A stretch of DNA of 64,000 bases from Aigarchaeota archaeon (GCA_025059745.1 JANXDH010000004.1:533646-597645), one strand, 5' to 3'; shown: positions 20,326 to 30,484, numbered from the stretch's first letter. Notes: a model not told the origin generated them from the letters alone. Made by a program: numbers and translations.

Positions 20326-20999
20326 GTCTTCTTTATGAGGACGTGTGCCAACTTCTGTTCGATTCTAAAATCGAGCACAACGTTCCCCGTAAATTCAGAC
20401 CACTGTCGTAACTGTTCATCTGAACCAGGGCTGTATTCTGCGACCACGTGGACAACCTCTCCTGGAGGTATAGAATTTATCATATCAGAGAGTACCATCA
20501 GTACCTGAGCGCAATCTACGCCTATCGCGGCGTAGACGTGATCCGGTACGTGATCGAAGCACATCAAACCTCTCCTCTTTGAGTCCTCAGCGACCCTATC
20601 AGATATCTCATCCCATTTTTGGAGGGAGCTGATTGAGCCTCTATCCAGTACCTCCGCCTCATAGATCCACCCGTCCTCGTAGTCCCCTATTTGTAAACGA
20701 TGTGGGTTATCCGACACGCCTTCATTGACCCTCAATATCCTGAGTCCTATAGGTGAGTGCACGTTACCGAGAAATTTGCGCCCTTCAATCATGAACAACA
20801 CCCCCTCGGGTTCTATGACCGTCCCCTCCCCCTTCAGCTTGATCCTTCTGATCTTGCCAAAGAGGGCCTGCGTGATAGGGAGTAGTCCTAAGCGAGAGAT
20901 AGAACCGTCCCTTACCTCGAACCACAAGTTACGCTCATAACTGTAGAGAAGATCTTCCCTATACTTACATCCTTGGATCACGTTAGCCCCTGCAGACAT
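20322..20999 (-). CDS. Fusion of a GcvH/LbpA-like lipoyl-carrier domain and a TusA/SirA sulfur-carrier domain
   Basis: N-part: GCKYREDLLY..NLWFE...IEGRKF..VHSPIG..VNE..DNP..GWI (H-protein fold, Lys at the lipoyl site). C-part: IGVDCAQ...PPGEVVHVVAE...LRQWSEFTGN...VLIKK (TusA fold). Confidence 0.75.
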   Translation of the reverse strand: MSAGANVIQGCKYREDLLYSYERNLWFEVRDGSISRLGLLPITQALFGKIRRIKLKGEGTVIEPEGVLFMIEGRKFLGNVHSPIGLRILRVNEGVSDNPHRLQIGDYEDGWIYEAEVLDRGSISSLQKWDEISDRVAEDSKRRGLMCFDHVPDHVYAAIGVDCAQVLMVLSDMINSIPPGEVVHVVAEYSPGSDEQLRQWSEFTGNVVLDFRIEQKLAHVLIKKT

Positions 21000-21057
21000 C
21001 CAACTGACATCATCTGTTATGCGGAGAAATAAAAAGGTAAAAAAGCAGGCCTGTAAA

Positions 21058-21900
21058 TTAACGCTCTATCGGTAGGCCCACCACGTTGCCCCACTCGGAC
21101 CAACTACCGTCATAGTTCCGTACTTTCGGATACTTCAACAGATACTTCAGTACGAACCAAGTCACGGATGACCTCTCACCTATTCGACAGTAGGTGATGA
21201 CCTCCTTATCGGGCGTTATCCCTAAAGACTCATAGAGCCTCCTCAGCTCCTCAACTGACTTGAAGGTCCCGTCCTCGTTTATGGCCTTTGCCCACGGTAC
21301 GTTCACGGCACCCGGGATGTGGCCACCCCTCTGCGCGTGTTCAGTCGGATACTCCGGTGGCGCTAAAATTTTACCAGCGTACTCGTCAGGAGATCGTACG
21401 TCAACCAAGCACACGTTCGTACTCCCCAGTCTAGATCTTACGTCGGGTAATAGTATTCTATACTCGTAGTTGACCCTCGTGACTTTGTACCTAGTCTGCT
21501 TATTACTCGGTACGTCTTTCACTAACGGCCTCTCCTCCTCGATCCACTTTCTCCTACCCCCGTCCATCAGGCTCACCCTCTTGTGGTCGTATAGCTTGAA
21601 GACCCAGAACGCGAACGAAGCGAACCAGTTGTTGAAGTCGCCGTAGAGCACAACCCACGTCTCATTCGATATCCCGTTCCTCTCCATTAACTTCTCGAAA
21701 CCCTCCTTGCTGACGATATCCCTCTCGAGCTCATCGTTTATATCCCTCTTCCAATCTATGAGCGTAGCGCCTTCTATGTGACCTTGGTGATAGGCCGCCG
21801 TGGGTTCGTAATCGACCTCCACCACCCTTACGTTATCAGCCTTTCTGTTGTTCCAAACCCAGTCTGTCGTCACTAAAGGAGGTGATTCTTCGGTAGACAT
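21058..21900 (-). CDS. Thiosulfate sulfurtransferase (tandem rhodanese)
   Basis: GHIEGA, DGGRRKW, DVRSPDEY, GHIPGA, active loop YCRIGERS, YDGSWSEW. Confidence 0.95.
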   Translation of the reverse strand: MSTEESPPLVTTDWVWNNRKADNVRVVEVDYEPTAAYHQGHIEGATLIDWKRDINDELERDIVSKEGFEKLMERNGISNETWVVLYGDFNNWFASFAFWVFKLYDHKRVSLMDGGRRKWIEEERPLVKDVPSNKQTRYKVTRVNYEYRILLPDVRSRLGSTNVCLVDVRSPDEYAGKILAPPEYPTEHAQRGGHIPGAVNVPWAKAINEDGTFKSVEELRRLYESLGITPDKEVITYCRIGERSSVTWFVLKYLLKYPKVRNYDGSWSEWGNVVGLPIER

Positions 21901-22055
21901 CAGCGATCCAATATCTTAGGTTATTATTATATTATTATATCTAACATATTATTGAGTTATATGTCCATGGATGTTTGAAACGATCGATTAACTATTTTAT
22001 GTAGTTAAAAACGCTTTTATACTATAAGTAAGCCATATATACTGAGGAAACGAGA

Positions 22056-23702
22056 ATGAGCAGTTTAGAATTTGACGGAGTAATTATAGGTGCAGGACAC
22101 AACGCCTTGGTCTTGGCCGGGTACATGGCTAAGTCGGGTCTGAAAGTGGCCCTGATCGAGAGGAACGTCACGATCGGCGGAGGATGCGGTACCTACATGC
22201 ATCCGGAGTATCCGGGGTTCCTTCACGAACTCCACTCCCAATTCCACAGGAACATTCCGAATCTACCGTGGTACAGGGACCTAGAGCTCTCAAACTACGG
22301 CCTTGACTACATATATCCACAGGCGAACAACGGGACGCCACTCAGCAGCGGTAAGAACATCGTAGTACACGCTAACCCCGACGTCTCCTACAAGTCCATC
22401 GAGAGGATCTCCAAGAAGGACGCCGACTCCTATTACAAGGTCTACCACAAGTACCAGGAGATGGGCAGGAAGATATGGTTCGTCCGCGATTACTCGCCCC
22501 CACTCCCTCCGGATGAAGAGGCTCGACTCCTAGAGAAGAGCGAGATGGGGCGCGAGTTCCTCCAGATCAACAAGAGGAGCGCTTACGACATCGTCATGGA
22601 TCTATTCGAGTCCGTGGAGATGCGCACGTTCTACCTCTTCCTCTACTCTATCAGAGGATATCTACCATCGCCCGAGAGCAAGAACACAGGTTTCGCTGCA
22701 GTCGCCATGACTTATCTGGGAAACAAGGCCATGTTACCGCGAGGAGGCTCAAGGATGCTCACCAACGCCCTGAGCAAGGTTGTACTCACGCACGGGGGGA
22801 TGATATTCGAGAACCACGAGGTCTCGAGGATAATCACGAAAAACGGGACTGCGATCGGTGTGGAGACCACTAACGGGAGGAAGTTCATGGCGAAGAAGTT
22901 CGTGGTGAGCAGCGTGGATCCGACCCAGACGTTCCTAAGGTTCATAGATGACGGACACCTCGGGAGCGACTTCTTGAAGAAGGTGAGGAACTACAAGTAC
23001 GGTGCATCGGCTAGGAGCTTCGGCGTCCTTTTCACTCTACACGCTGGAATCCACCAGCCCCCACGTTACGCATCGGAGAAGTGGGATCCGATGATCAACG
23101 AGGTCTTCAACACGTGCATAGGCTATGAGACGCCCGAGTCGATAATCAAGCACATTCATGAGACGATGGAGGGGATCGTACCCTCAGAGATAGGACTCCA
23201 GTGTGCTGTTCCGACACTCTTTGATCCAACGAGGGCACCTAAGGGTAAGCACGTGCTCCTCGCGTGGCAGTTCGCTCCGTATCATATAAAGGGTCACGGG
23301 CCAGAGAAGTGGGACGAGATAAAGTACTCGTATCTCGAGAAGGTCTTAGACAGGTGGGCCGATTACGCACCGAACCTCAGGAAGTCCTCGGGCAACATCA
23401 TATACATGTTCCCGCAGACCCCGCCTGATACGGAGAGGCACCTCATAAACATGAGGGAGGGAGACTTTCACGTGGGCGCCCTGATACCAGAGCAACTCGT
23501 GTACAACAGGCCCTTCCCGGAGGTCTCAAACTACCGCACACCGATAAAGAACCTCTACCTCACAGGAGCACCAACCCACCCAACCGGCAACATAACTGGA
23601 GCACCGGGCTACAATACCGCTCGAGTGATCGCGCAAGACCTCGGGATTAATCTCTGGTGGAATCCACCAGATCCGAGGAGGGAGTGGGCCTCACTAGAGT
23701 GA
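22056..23702 (+). CDS. Phytoene-desaturase-like FAD-dependent oxidoreductase (COG1233 type)
   Basis: IIGAGHNAL..ERN...GG, PRGGS, DPTRAP.GKH, YRTPIKNLYLTGAPTHP.G.ITGAPGYN. Confidence 0.85.
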   Translation: MSSLEFDGVIIGAGHNALVLAGYMAKSGLKVALIERNVTIGGGCGTYMHPEYPGFLHELHSQFHRNIPNLPWYRDLELSNYGLDYIYPQANNGTPLSSGKNIVVHANPDVSYKSIERISKKDADSYYKVYHKYQEMGRKIWFVRDYSPPLPPDEEARLLEKSEMGREFLQINKRSAYDIVMDLFESVEMRTFYLFLYSIRGYLPSPESKNTGFAAVAMTYLGNKAMLPRGGSRMLTNALSKVVLTHGGMIFENHEVSRIITKNGTAIGVETTNGRKFMAKKFVVSSVDPTQTFLRFIDDGHLGSDFLKKVRNYKYGASARSFGVLFTLHAGIHQPPRYASEKWDPMINEVFNTCIGYETPESIIKHIHETMEGIVPSEIGLQCAVPTLFDPTRAPKGKHVLLAWQFAPYHIKGHGPEKWDEIKYSYLEKVLDRWADYAPNLRKSSGNIIYMFPQTPPDTERHLINMREGDFHVGALIPEQLVYNRPFPEVSNYRTPIKNLYLTGAPTHPTGNITGAPGYNTARVIAQDLGINLWWNPPDPRREWASLE

Positions 23703-23792
23703 TATCAAACGATACAGCTCTCTATCATCAAATTTTTTTGACTCAGTTTCACTCTAAACATATATATTTAACATCTTTAGGGATATCTGGAG

Positions 23793-24038
23793 ATGCCGAT
23801 AGCGTTCGTCCTGATAAATACGGAGATCGGATCTGAGGAGGACGTGGTGAAGCAGTTGAAGAGGATAGAGGCCGTCAAGGAGGCGTACGCGGTCTATGGA
23901 GTCTATGACATAATCGCGAAGGTTGAGGCCGAGTCGATGGACAAGCTGAAGGAGATAGTCTCGTGGAACATAAGGAGGTTAGACAAGGTCAGGTCCACCC
24001 TCACCATGCTAGTCATGGGAAGCGAGGGCAAGACCTAG
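23793..24038 (+). CDS. Stand-alone Lrp/AsnC ligand-binding (RAM) domain protein
   Basis: AFVLINTEIG.E...VYGVYDIIAKVE...IRRLDKVRSTLTM; no HTH domain. Confidence 0.9.
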   Translation: MPIAFVLINTEIGSEEDVVKQLKRIEAVKEAYAVYGVYDIIAKVEAESMDKLKEIVSWNIRRLDKVRSTLTMLVMGSEGKT

Positions 24039-25322
24039 AGGTCTGACCAGGTGACGCCTCGCCGATACCGCAACCTCATACATCCCCGGCCTCAGGTCCC
24101 TCTCGATCACCTCTATCTCTGGCGTACCACCCAACCTAATTCCACACCTCCTACACCTGTAACCCTTACCGAATCCCGCAGACTCACCCCTCTTGCCACA
24201 TGTCCCGCATATGGGAGGCCTGACCGTCACGATTTCGGCTAACCTCAAGATGAGTAACTTCTCGAGGTTCATGGTTATCCCCTGAGGTTTATGCTTGATC
24301 GCACCGAACGCAACCACCTCGTCTCCAGGGAGGAGGCTGCACACTACTCTCCTGAAGGAGAGGGTAGGTTCGTAGGCGGCCAGTGTCAGGTGACCAGTGT
24401 AATCCGTTATCTTTGCGAACACGTGACCCCCCCTCTCAACGTACGGCTTACCCACTACTACTCCCCTCACTGATGCAGAGACGCCGTGTCTTACCTCGGA
24501 CACCCGCGATTCAACGTAATGGATGTCCGTCGCCTGATTGGTCGCGAAGATCTCCCAGAAGTCGACTCTCTCGTCGATCTCGATCATCTGGAGCGCACCT
24601 TTCAATACCTCCCTCGAGGTGCCGCGTATGCCGACAAGGACGGGACACGGCGTGTGCGGCGTCAATCTGACGCTTCGTTTTTCGTAATCGTAATTATCGA
24701 ATGTGTACGGTCTCGTAGACTGATCCATCCTGATTACAGAGTCTGGTGAGACCCTCCGCGGTCTCCCCCAGTTCCCTCGCTCCCTATAAGCGAGTAACTC
24801 GTAGGTAAGCAGGTGAGACTCATCTACCGATGTGGCAGAGAGTGCTCCTATAAGCCCCCTACCCTCTTTGAAATACTTGTAGGCCAGAGCGTACTCGTCG
24901 CATAACCTCATAGCCTCATCGATATCCACCAGCTCCCTCAGGGTCCTCAGGTAGAAGTCTCTGAGACGCTCCATGACACCGTAGGGCATAAACACTATGC
25001 CTGGATCAGTACCCTCGTCGTCTAAGTCCGCCAGCTCACGAACCACCTCAGATACCACCCCGATAGCACTCTCAACCGTGATGCGACCCAGTTTGACGGA
25101 GAAGCCAACGGCTGCGTTACCGCGGGTCTTGTAAGGACAGTTGGGGTTCAGCCTGACGAGCACTGGGTCTCCTACCCTGACGCATCCCAACAGCTCTAGG
25201 GCTCGGAGGGCCCTACAACCTACGTACGTCGTACACATGGTCCTCTTAGAATCGGTATCGTCGATTCCGACCCTCACTACCTCCCTACTCAAATCTACGG
25301 TGAAATTGCATTCACACCTCAT
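24009..25322 (-). CDS. tiaS: tRNA(Ile2) agmatinylcytidine synthetase
   Basis: VGIDDTDS...CTTY, RLNPNCPYKTRGN, TPCPVLVGIRG, TNQATD, GGHV, YEPT, C-terminal Zn ribbon. The true start may be TTG 25292. Confidence 0.95.
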   Translation of the reverse strand: MRCECNFTVDLSREVVRVGIDDTDSKRTMCTTYVGCRALRALELLGCVRVGDPVLVRLNPNCPYKTRGNAAVGFSVKLGRITVESAIGVVSEVVRELADLDDEGTDPGIVFMPYGVMERLRDFYLRTLRELVDIDEAMRLCDEYALAYKYFKEGRGLIGALSATSVDESHLLTYELLAYRERGNWGRPRRVSPDSVIRMDQSTRPYTFDNYDYEKRSVRLTPHTPCPVLVGIRGTSREVLKGALQMIEIDERVDFWEIFATNQATDIHYVESRVSEVRHGVSASVRGVVVGKPYVERGGHVFAKITDYTGHLTLAAYEPTLSFRRVVCSLLPGDEVVAFGAIKHKPQGITMNLEKLLILRLAEIVTVRPPICGTCGKRGESAGFGKGYRCRRCGIRLGGTPEIEVIERDLRPGMYEVAVSARRHLVRPLGLALASHD

Positions 25323-25368
25323 ATACTTAAAAGGGTGGTTTTATTACTTGGTCTTTGGGTCGATCAGA

Positions 25369-26472
25369 GTGTTAGTGAGGGAGGTTCTCAGGAGACTCGA
25401 GCCTTACGCGTTCGAACCATCGGATAGAGAACTCGCATCGCTGGTTGGACTGAGACCGGATCAGATAGTCCGGTTAGATACCAACGCCTCGCCATATTAC
25501 CCAAAGGGAGTGATCAACTCGGTCTGCAGATCGGTCTCCAAGATCAGACTCAACCACTACCCCGATACAAGCTATGCGTCCCTCCGTCACTATATCTCCT
25601 GCTACGCGGGTGTCGGTCCTGATAATGTCATACCGACCAACGGTGCCGACGAGGGGATCGACATAGTGACTCGGGCGTTCGTCGAGAAGGGCGATGAGGT
25701 CCTAGCGCCGCATCCCACATACAGCTACTTCAGAGTCTCCTCAGAGATACAAGGGGCCGAATTCATCAGGATCGATAGCGATGATAAGTTCAGGATCGAT
25801 ATAGGTGCGTTAATCTCCCGCGCCTCAGAGAGGACCAGCCTGATCTTCCTGTGCAACCCGAACAACCCGACAGGTCAGTCGTTACCCATGAGGGAGGTTG
25901 AACGGATATGCAGTTCTGTCGAGGTGCCCGTGCTGGTGGACGAGGCCTATTACGAGTACTGCGGGACCTCAGCGGCCCCACTCATCGAGAAGTACCAGAA
26001 CCTTATAGTGGTGAGGACTCTCTCGAAAGCATTCGGTCTGGCGGGCATACGCATAGGTTACCTCCTGGCATCTGAAGAGACCGTGGACCTGCTCAACAAG
26101 GTCAGGCCTCCGAACAGTCTCGGAGTACTCAACATAGCAATAGCAGAACGTGCACTCAGGGACCCTCAGTTCGTCAAGAGGTTTGTCGAGAGGATCGCCG
26201 GGGTGAGGGAGTGGCTCTACAGAGAACTCGCGTCGATTAAATCGTTGGAGGTCTTCCCCTCAAGGACGAACTTTTTACTCGTCAGGCTGTTAAAGGGAGA
26301 CTCACAGGATCTCTGGACCAGACTCTTAAAGAGGGGACTAGTCGTCAGGAGGTTCGCAAGCGATCCGATGCTGAGGAACTGTCTGCGGATAACTATAGGT
26401 GAGATGAAGCACGCGAGGGTAATTGCAAACGTAATAACGAGGTACATAGAGGACGCTGAGGGGGAGGTTTGA
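25369..26472 (+). CDS. hisC: Histidinol-phosphate aminotransferase
   Basis: LDTNASP, YPD, NGADE, CNPNNPTG, DEAYYEY, RTLSKAFGLAGIRIG. Start moved to GTG 25369 because the track ORF from 25141 overlaps tiaS. Confidence 0.88.
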   Translation: MLVREVLRRLEPYAFEPSDRELASLVGLRPDQIVRLDTNASPYYPKGVINSVCRSVSKIRLNHYPDTSYASLRHYISCYAGVGPDNVIPTNGADEGIDIVTRAFVEKGDEVLAPHPTYSYFRVSSEIQGAEFIRIDSDDKFRIDIGALISRASERTSLIFLCNPNNPTGQSLPMREVERICSSVEVPVLVDEAYYEYCGTSAAPLIEKYQNLIVVRTLSKAFGLAGIRIGYLLASEETVDLLNKVRPPNSLGVLNIAIAERALRDPQFVKRFVERIAGVREWLYRELASIKSLEVFPSRTNFLLVRLLKGDSQDLWTRLLKRGLVVRRFASDPMLRNCLRITIGEMKHARVIANVITRYIEDAEGEV

Positions 26473-26876
26473 TAAGGGTCTTCAGCATAGACGTCAACAC
26501 ACAGAAGAGGGTCGAGCTGGTAAACATAACGCGAAGGATCAACGAGAAGATATCGGAGGCGAGGGTCAGGGACGGCGTCGTTGTCGTCTTCACGAGACAC
26601 ACAACGTCCGCGCTAATAATCAACGAGGACGAGGAGAGGTTGAAGAGGGACATACTGGTACTGATGGACAGGCTAGTGCCGACCGGTGCGGGATACAGAC
26701 ACGACGAGATAGATAACAACGCCGACGCGCACCTCAGGCAGAACCTCATGCAACCCTCGCTGACCGTACCCATCGTGAACGGCCGTATGGCACTGGGGAC
26801 TTGGCAGAACGTCTTCCTCTTTGAACTGGACGGCCCGAGGACTCGAGAGGTCACGGTAGTCTTAATCGGTGAGTAG
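26469..26876 (+). CDS. YjbQ/UPF0047 family protein
   Basis: HTTSALIINE, YRHD..NADAHL, LGTWQ..ELDGPR. Confidence 0.92.
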   Translation: MIRVFSIDVNTQKRVELVNITRRINEKISEARVRDGVVVVFTRHTTSALIINEDEERLKRDILVLMDRLVPTGAGYRHDEIDNNADAHLRQNLMQPSLTVPIVNGRMALGTWQNVFLFELDGPRTREVTVVLIGE

Positions 26877-26881
26877 AAATC

Positions 26882-28354
26882 TCAGGAGAATCTCTGATAG
26901 GCCTCGTTTAATTCCCTCCTTAACCTCTTGACCCAGTCTTGGAAGCCACCCTTCATCTCCGGGTACTCCATATATAATTTGATTAGTTTCCTGCTCTTGT
27001 CTGCTGTGAACTTTAGGTTTCGCGCGAGTTGGGGCTCCTGCCTTATCCTCGACCTCAACTCACCGTCCGTGAGCAACCTGATCAGGTTACTCAACCTCGG
27101 AAACCGCGGGTGCTCTCGTCTCTTTATGCTCTCTATGTCGTCTTGGGAGAGGAAGTACCTCATACCGAAATCTATCTTCTCGTTGGGGAGCGTCTGAAGG
27201 TACCTCCTCAGCACCTCGAAGCTCGCCATCTGATAGCCATAGGCGTGGACGTAATCAACGTTGTACTTCCAGAGTCCGTCCTCGCTGGTATCATTCGACT
27301 CGACCGCCTCTACCAGCACCTTCCCTAAAATCACGCTCGCGTATAGGGCGGGCCCCATCCCTCCTGCGTCTATCGGCCTCGGCATCCACGCGGCGTCTCC
27401 AATAATAACGAAACCGTTGGCTACCATGCAGTCGTTCTGTCTCCTCACCGGCACCTGCCAGGTGCTGTACTCGTTACCAGAATCTTGCGATCCCGCGGCT
27501 AATCTGGCGTTCCTTATCGCCTTGTTTCGCCTGACGTACTCGTCGATCAGACTGACCAGCGTGTCCTCCTTTCCGTACGCCCTATTTCGCCGCTCCAAAG
27601 CCTTCCTCTGCACCCCGAGGCCGACGTTCATCTTCGACTCGCCCTTTGGGAAGACCCAGCAGTAACCTCCAGGTGCGAGGTACTGATCGAGGTGTATAAT
27701 ACAGTACCTGGGGTCAAACCAAGTCTCGTCATCACCCGCCCGCTCGAAGTCTAGTATATAACGCCCCGTCGCCTCCATGTCGTTCTCTTTATCTATCTCG
27801 CGTTCTATCAGAGTATCTATTGGTATATGGGCCCTCAAGACTGATGCCGATCCGGAGGCGTCGACGACCACCCTCGCCCTTACCCTCACCGGCGTTTGGT
27901 CTGATAACCTGAGACCCGCGACTCCGACTATCCTGCCGTTCTCCGAGAGCAGCGTCCTCGCATCGATCTGGTAGAGGACCTCTACACCGAACCTCTCGAG
28001 GTACTCCCTCTGTTTCTGCGGCCAGAGCTTCCTGTTGAGCATGTATCCCTCTCCGTCAAAGAGGACCTTGACTTCGTGGTCGGGGGAGTAGACCAGCACG
28101 CCGTCGACCTCATGCTCTATCTCGGGGTACGAGTAGGATATGTTCAGGGAGTTGCAGACGGTATCGAGACTCCTCTTACTGACGGCGTCGCCACACGACC
28201 ACCCCCTCCTAGTCTTCTTGCCGAACTCGCCCGGAGGGTTGCGGTCCACCAATATTACCCTCAGATTCTGGTTTGAGAACTTAGCGACGGCCATCGCGGT
28301 GTGTGAGCCGGCTGGACCTCCGCCCACAACCACGACATCGCATTCGTACTCCAT
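26882..28354 (-). CDS. Geranylgeranyl reductase-family flavoprotein
   Basis: VVGGGPAG, CGDA, DASG, APGGYCWVFPKG, GDAA..RPIDAGG. Confidence 0.85.
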   Translation of the reverse strand: MEYECDVVVVGGGPAGSHTAMAVAKFSNQNLRVILVDRNPPGEFGKKTRRGWSCGDAVSKRSLDTVCNSLNISYSYPEIEHEVDGVLVYSPDHEVKVLFDGEGYMLNRKLWPQKQREYLERFGVEVLYQIDARTLLSENGRIVGVAGLRLSDQTPVRVRARVVVDASGSASVLRAHIPIDTLIEREIDKENDMEATGRYILDFERAGDDETWFDPRYCIIHLDQYLAPGGYCWVFPKGESKMNVGLGVQRKALERRNRAYGKEDTLVSLIDEYVRRNKAIRNARLAAGSQDSGNEYSTWQVPVRRQNDCMVANGFVIIGDAAWMPRPIDAGGMGPALYASVILGKVLVEAVESNDTSEDGLWKYNVDYVHAYGYQMASFEVLRRYLQTLPNEKIDFGMRYFLSQDDIESIKRREHPRFPRLSNLIRLLTDGELRSRIRQEPQLARNLKFTADKSRKLIKLYMEYPEMKGGFQDWVKRLRRELNEAYQRFS

Positions 28355-28451
28355 TCAGCCCTCATCTAATTTCTTTACTATAAAAACCATAGTCTACTGA
28401 ACGTGTTGTTTGGATGCACTTATAAGTACCTGACCGAGAGAGACTCGTGGT

Positions 28452-28910
28452 ATGAGGGTAGGAGAGTTAGCGCCCAACTTCTCTCTGCCAGATCACGAAA
28501 ACAGAGTCCGCTCCCTCAGAGACCTCTTGGAGAACAAGAAGTTCCTTATCCTCTACTTCTATCCCAAGGACGATACCCCGGGTTGCACCAAGGAGGCGTG
28601 CGGCTTTAGAGACCTACTGAATGAGATCCGTGGGATGAACGGCGACGTGGTGGGGATAAGCGTGGATGACGCGCGCTCCCATCAGTCGTTCTCTAAGAAG
28701 TACTCTCTGGGCTTCACCTTATTAACGGACAGCAAGGGCGAGGTCGCTCGACTCTTCGACAGCTTCAGCGAGGAGAAGGGCAGGTGTCTCAGAAAGACAT
28801 TCGTGATCGATGAGAAGGGTAGAGTGATTGGTGCGTTCGAGGAGATTAAGGCAGAGGATCACCCGCTGAGGGCCTTGGAGTACGTCAAGGAAAAGATCGG
28901 TAGAGGCTAG
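28452..28910 (+). CDS. bcp: Peroxiredoxin Bcp/PrxQ
   Basis: FYPKDDTPGCTKEACGFRD. Confidence 0.93.
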   Translation: MRVGELAPNFSLPDHENRVRSLRDLLENKKFLILYFYPKDDTPGCTKEACGFRDLLNEIRGMNGDVVGISVDDARSHQSFSKKYSLGFTLLTDSKGEVARLFDSFSEEKGRCLRKTFVIDEKGRVIGAFEEIKAEDHPLRALEYVKEKIGRG

Positions 28911-30484
28911 GGATGGGCGCGCGGATGTTCGACGATCCCCAAGTAGATCTCCCCCCTCTGTGATCTGTACGCAGGTACCCCGATCGCCACGGTCATCATG
29001 TTCTCCTTATCCGCGGCATGAGGCGAGAAGAACTCTCTGACGTCGTCATCGTAAAACGTCAGGCCCGTAGCGCCCAGACCCAGTGCGTAAGCCGCGAGGT
29101 ACGTCCTCCCAGCGCGGACCCCAGCCTCTAACTGGCACGCCCTGTAACCCCTCTCTCCGAGCATCTTCACCACCTCTCTCACGTCAGCCATGAAGAAGAG
29201 CACCGCGCTCGCGTCGCCCCCGAGGTCCTGCTCCAGACACAGGTGCCTCGAGACCGTCCTAAACCTCCCCCTCTTCAAGCCAACCAGACTGTCTCTGACC
29301 CGATCGTAGAAGTATGCGCCCTCCTCTAGTCCGTCTACCTCGTTTACTATTAAATAGATATCGAGTAACGAGAGGGTTGGCTTTATGGTGAAATCGGAGT
29401 TCAGGCTCGATGAAGAACAGCGCAATATCGTCTCTAGGTCTCCCCTTTTTATTGGCCTGCGGCTGAACCGCCTCGTGGAGCCCCTCTGGAGTATCACCTC
29501 GTGGAGAGGTCTATCGTTCTCTGATGGTATCTCGACCCTCATATCCACCAGTCTATCGTCGGTGATCTTCGACCTAGCGTACTCAGCGACGCGGGCCCTC
29601 CACTCTCTGAGAGCTTCTGCACTCTGTAATGCGGAGGTCTCGAAGGCCTTGACTATCGCCGGGTAACTCAACTCTCTGGGTGAGTACGGTAGCCTCGGGA
29701 GATCCAGACTATCCAGCTGTTCGATGGCCCTAGGTACGGTAGCTGCACCCCCATTGACCTTCATATCAAGGACGGCGATCGCTGACTCCTCCATCCCGCC
29801 TATCCCCAATAAGTCGTTGACCCTCTTGTCAACGAACCCTACAAATATCTTAGACTCGATACCTAACGCGTTGGCTACGGAGATCATGTTCGCAAGGATG
29901 ACCCCACCATCCCAGAAGGAGTGGCGATAAGACCTCTCTCCGTACTTCCACGCGTTGCGCCAGGGAACCGAGGTGAGAATTACGCTCGCCCCACACCCCT
30001 TCACCGAGTCGTCCAACGTCGCCTCCCTCATCCACCATCTGAAGTCTCCCCTCCTCAGTACTGTCAGCACGAACTCTCCCGGGTCAAAATGGTAGACCCC
30101 TTGCTCCAAACCCACCACGTTATGACTGACCACGTAGAGCTCTGATTGATAGAGTGCGCCAGTGCACGGTGCTGCCCTGAAGTAGAACCTCTCGCCGAAG
30201 TACTCCCTGACTCTAGTTATCCCGTAGGAGAAGAATAGCAGCCCCGAGAGTGAACTGACGTCCAGACGTTCCATGACCTCAGATCTGCCCGTTATCGATC
30301 TCAGGGCCGAGCTCTTTGGTAGTCTCAACTCCTTGGGCAGGTGAACCCTCTCACCGTCTAGGTAGACCTTGAATGGGTAGGGCTTGTTGCTCCAGTCCAA
30401 CCTGTGGCCTGAACTCCTAATGCTGATGTAGCTGTGTTTGGTTGACTCGTGGTAAGTTAATGCGTAGCTCTCCTCCCCCCTCAT
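28907..30484 (-). CDS. SagB/ThcOx-family tandem nitroreductase-fold dehydrogenase
   Basis: YHESTKH, RAAPCTGALY, WKYGERSYR, second half RGSTRRF...RGYRACQLEAG, GLTFYDD. Confidence 0.85.
   Translation of the reverse strand: MRGEESYALTYHESTKHSYISIRSSGHRLDWSNKPYPFKVYLDGERVHLPKELRLPKSSALRSITGRSEVMERLDVSSLSGLLFFSYGITRVREYFGERFYFRAAPCTGALYQSELYVVSHNVVGLEQGVYHFDPGEFVLTVLRRGDFRWWMREATLDDSVKGCGASVILTSVPWRNAWKYGERSYRHSFWDGGVILANMISVANALGIESKIFVGFVDKRVNDLLGIGGMEESAIAVLDMKVNGGAATVPRAIEQLDSLDLPRLPYSPRELSYPAIVKAFETSALQSAEALREWRARVAEYARSKITDDRLVDMRVEIPSENDRPLHEVILQRGSTRRFSRRPIKRGDLETILRCSSSSLNSDFTIKPTLSLLDIYLIVNEVDGLEEGAYFYDRVRDSLVGLKRGRFRTVSRHLCLEQDLGGDASAVLFFMADVREVVKMLGERGYRACQLEAGVRAGRTYLAAYALGLGATGLTFYDDDVREFFSPHAADKENMMTVAIGVPAYRSQRGEIYLGIVEHPRAHP

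Noticed and set aside
22056-23702. Carotenoid biosynthesis locus suggested by the phytoene-desaturase-like gene
   Set aside because: No crtB/crtY neighbours; COG1233 members have diverse non-carotenoid functions.
25141-25368. N-terminal extension of hisC in the track
   Set aside because: It is antisense to tiaS and crosses TATA-like sequence; there is no HisC similarity.
28907-30484. SagB-like dehydrogenase as the marker of a thiazole/oxazole RiPP cluster
   Set aside because: No YcaO, E1-like protein or Cys/Ser/Thr-rich precursor nearby; stand-alone SagB-family genes are common.
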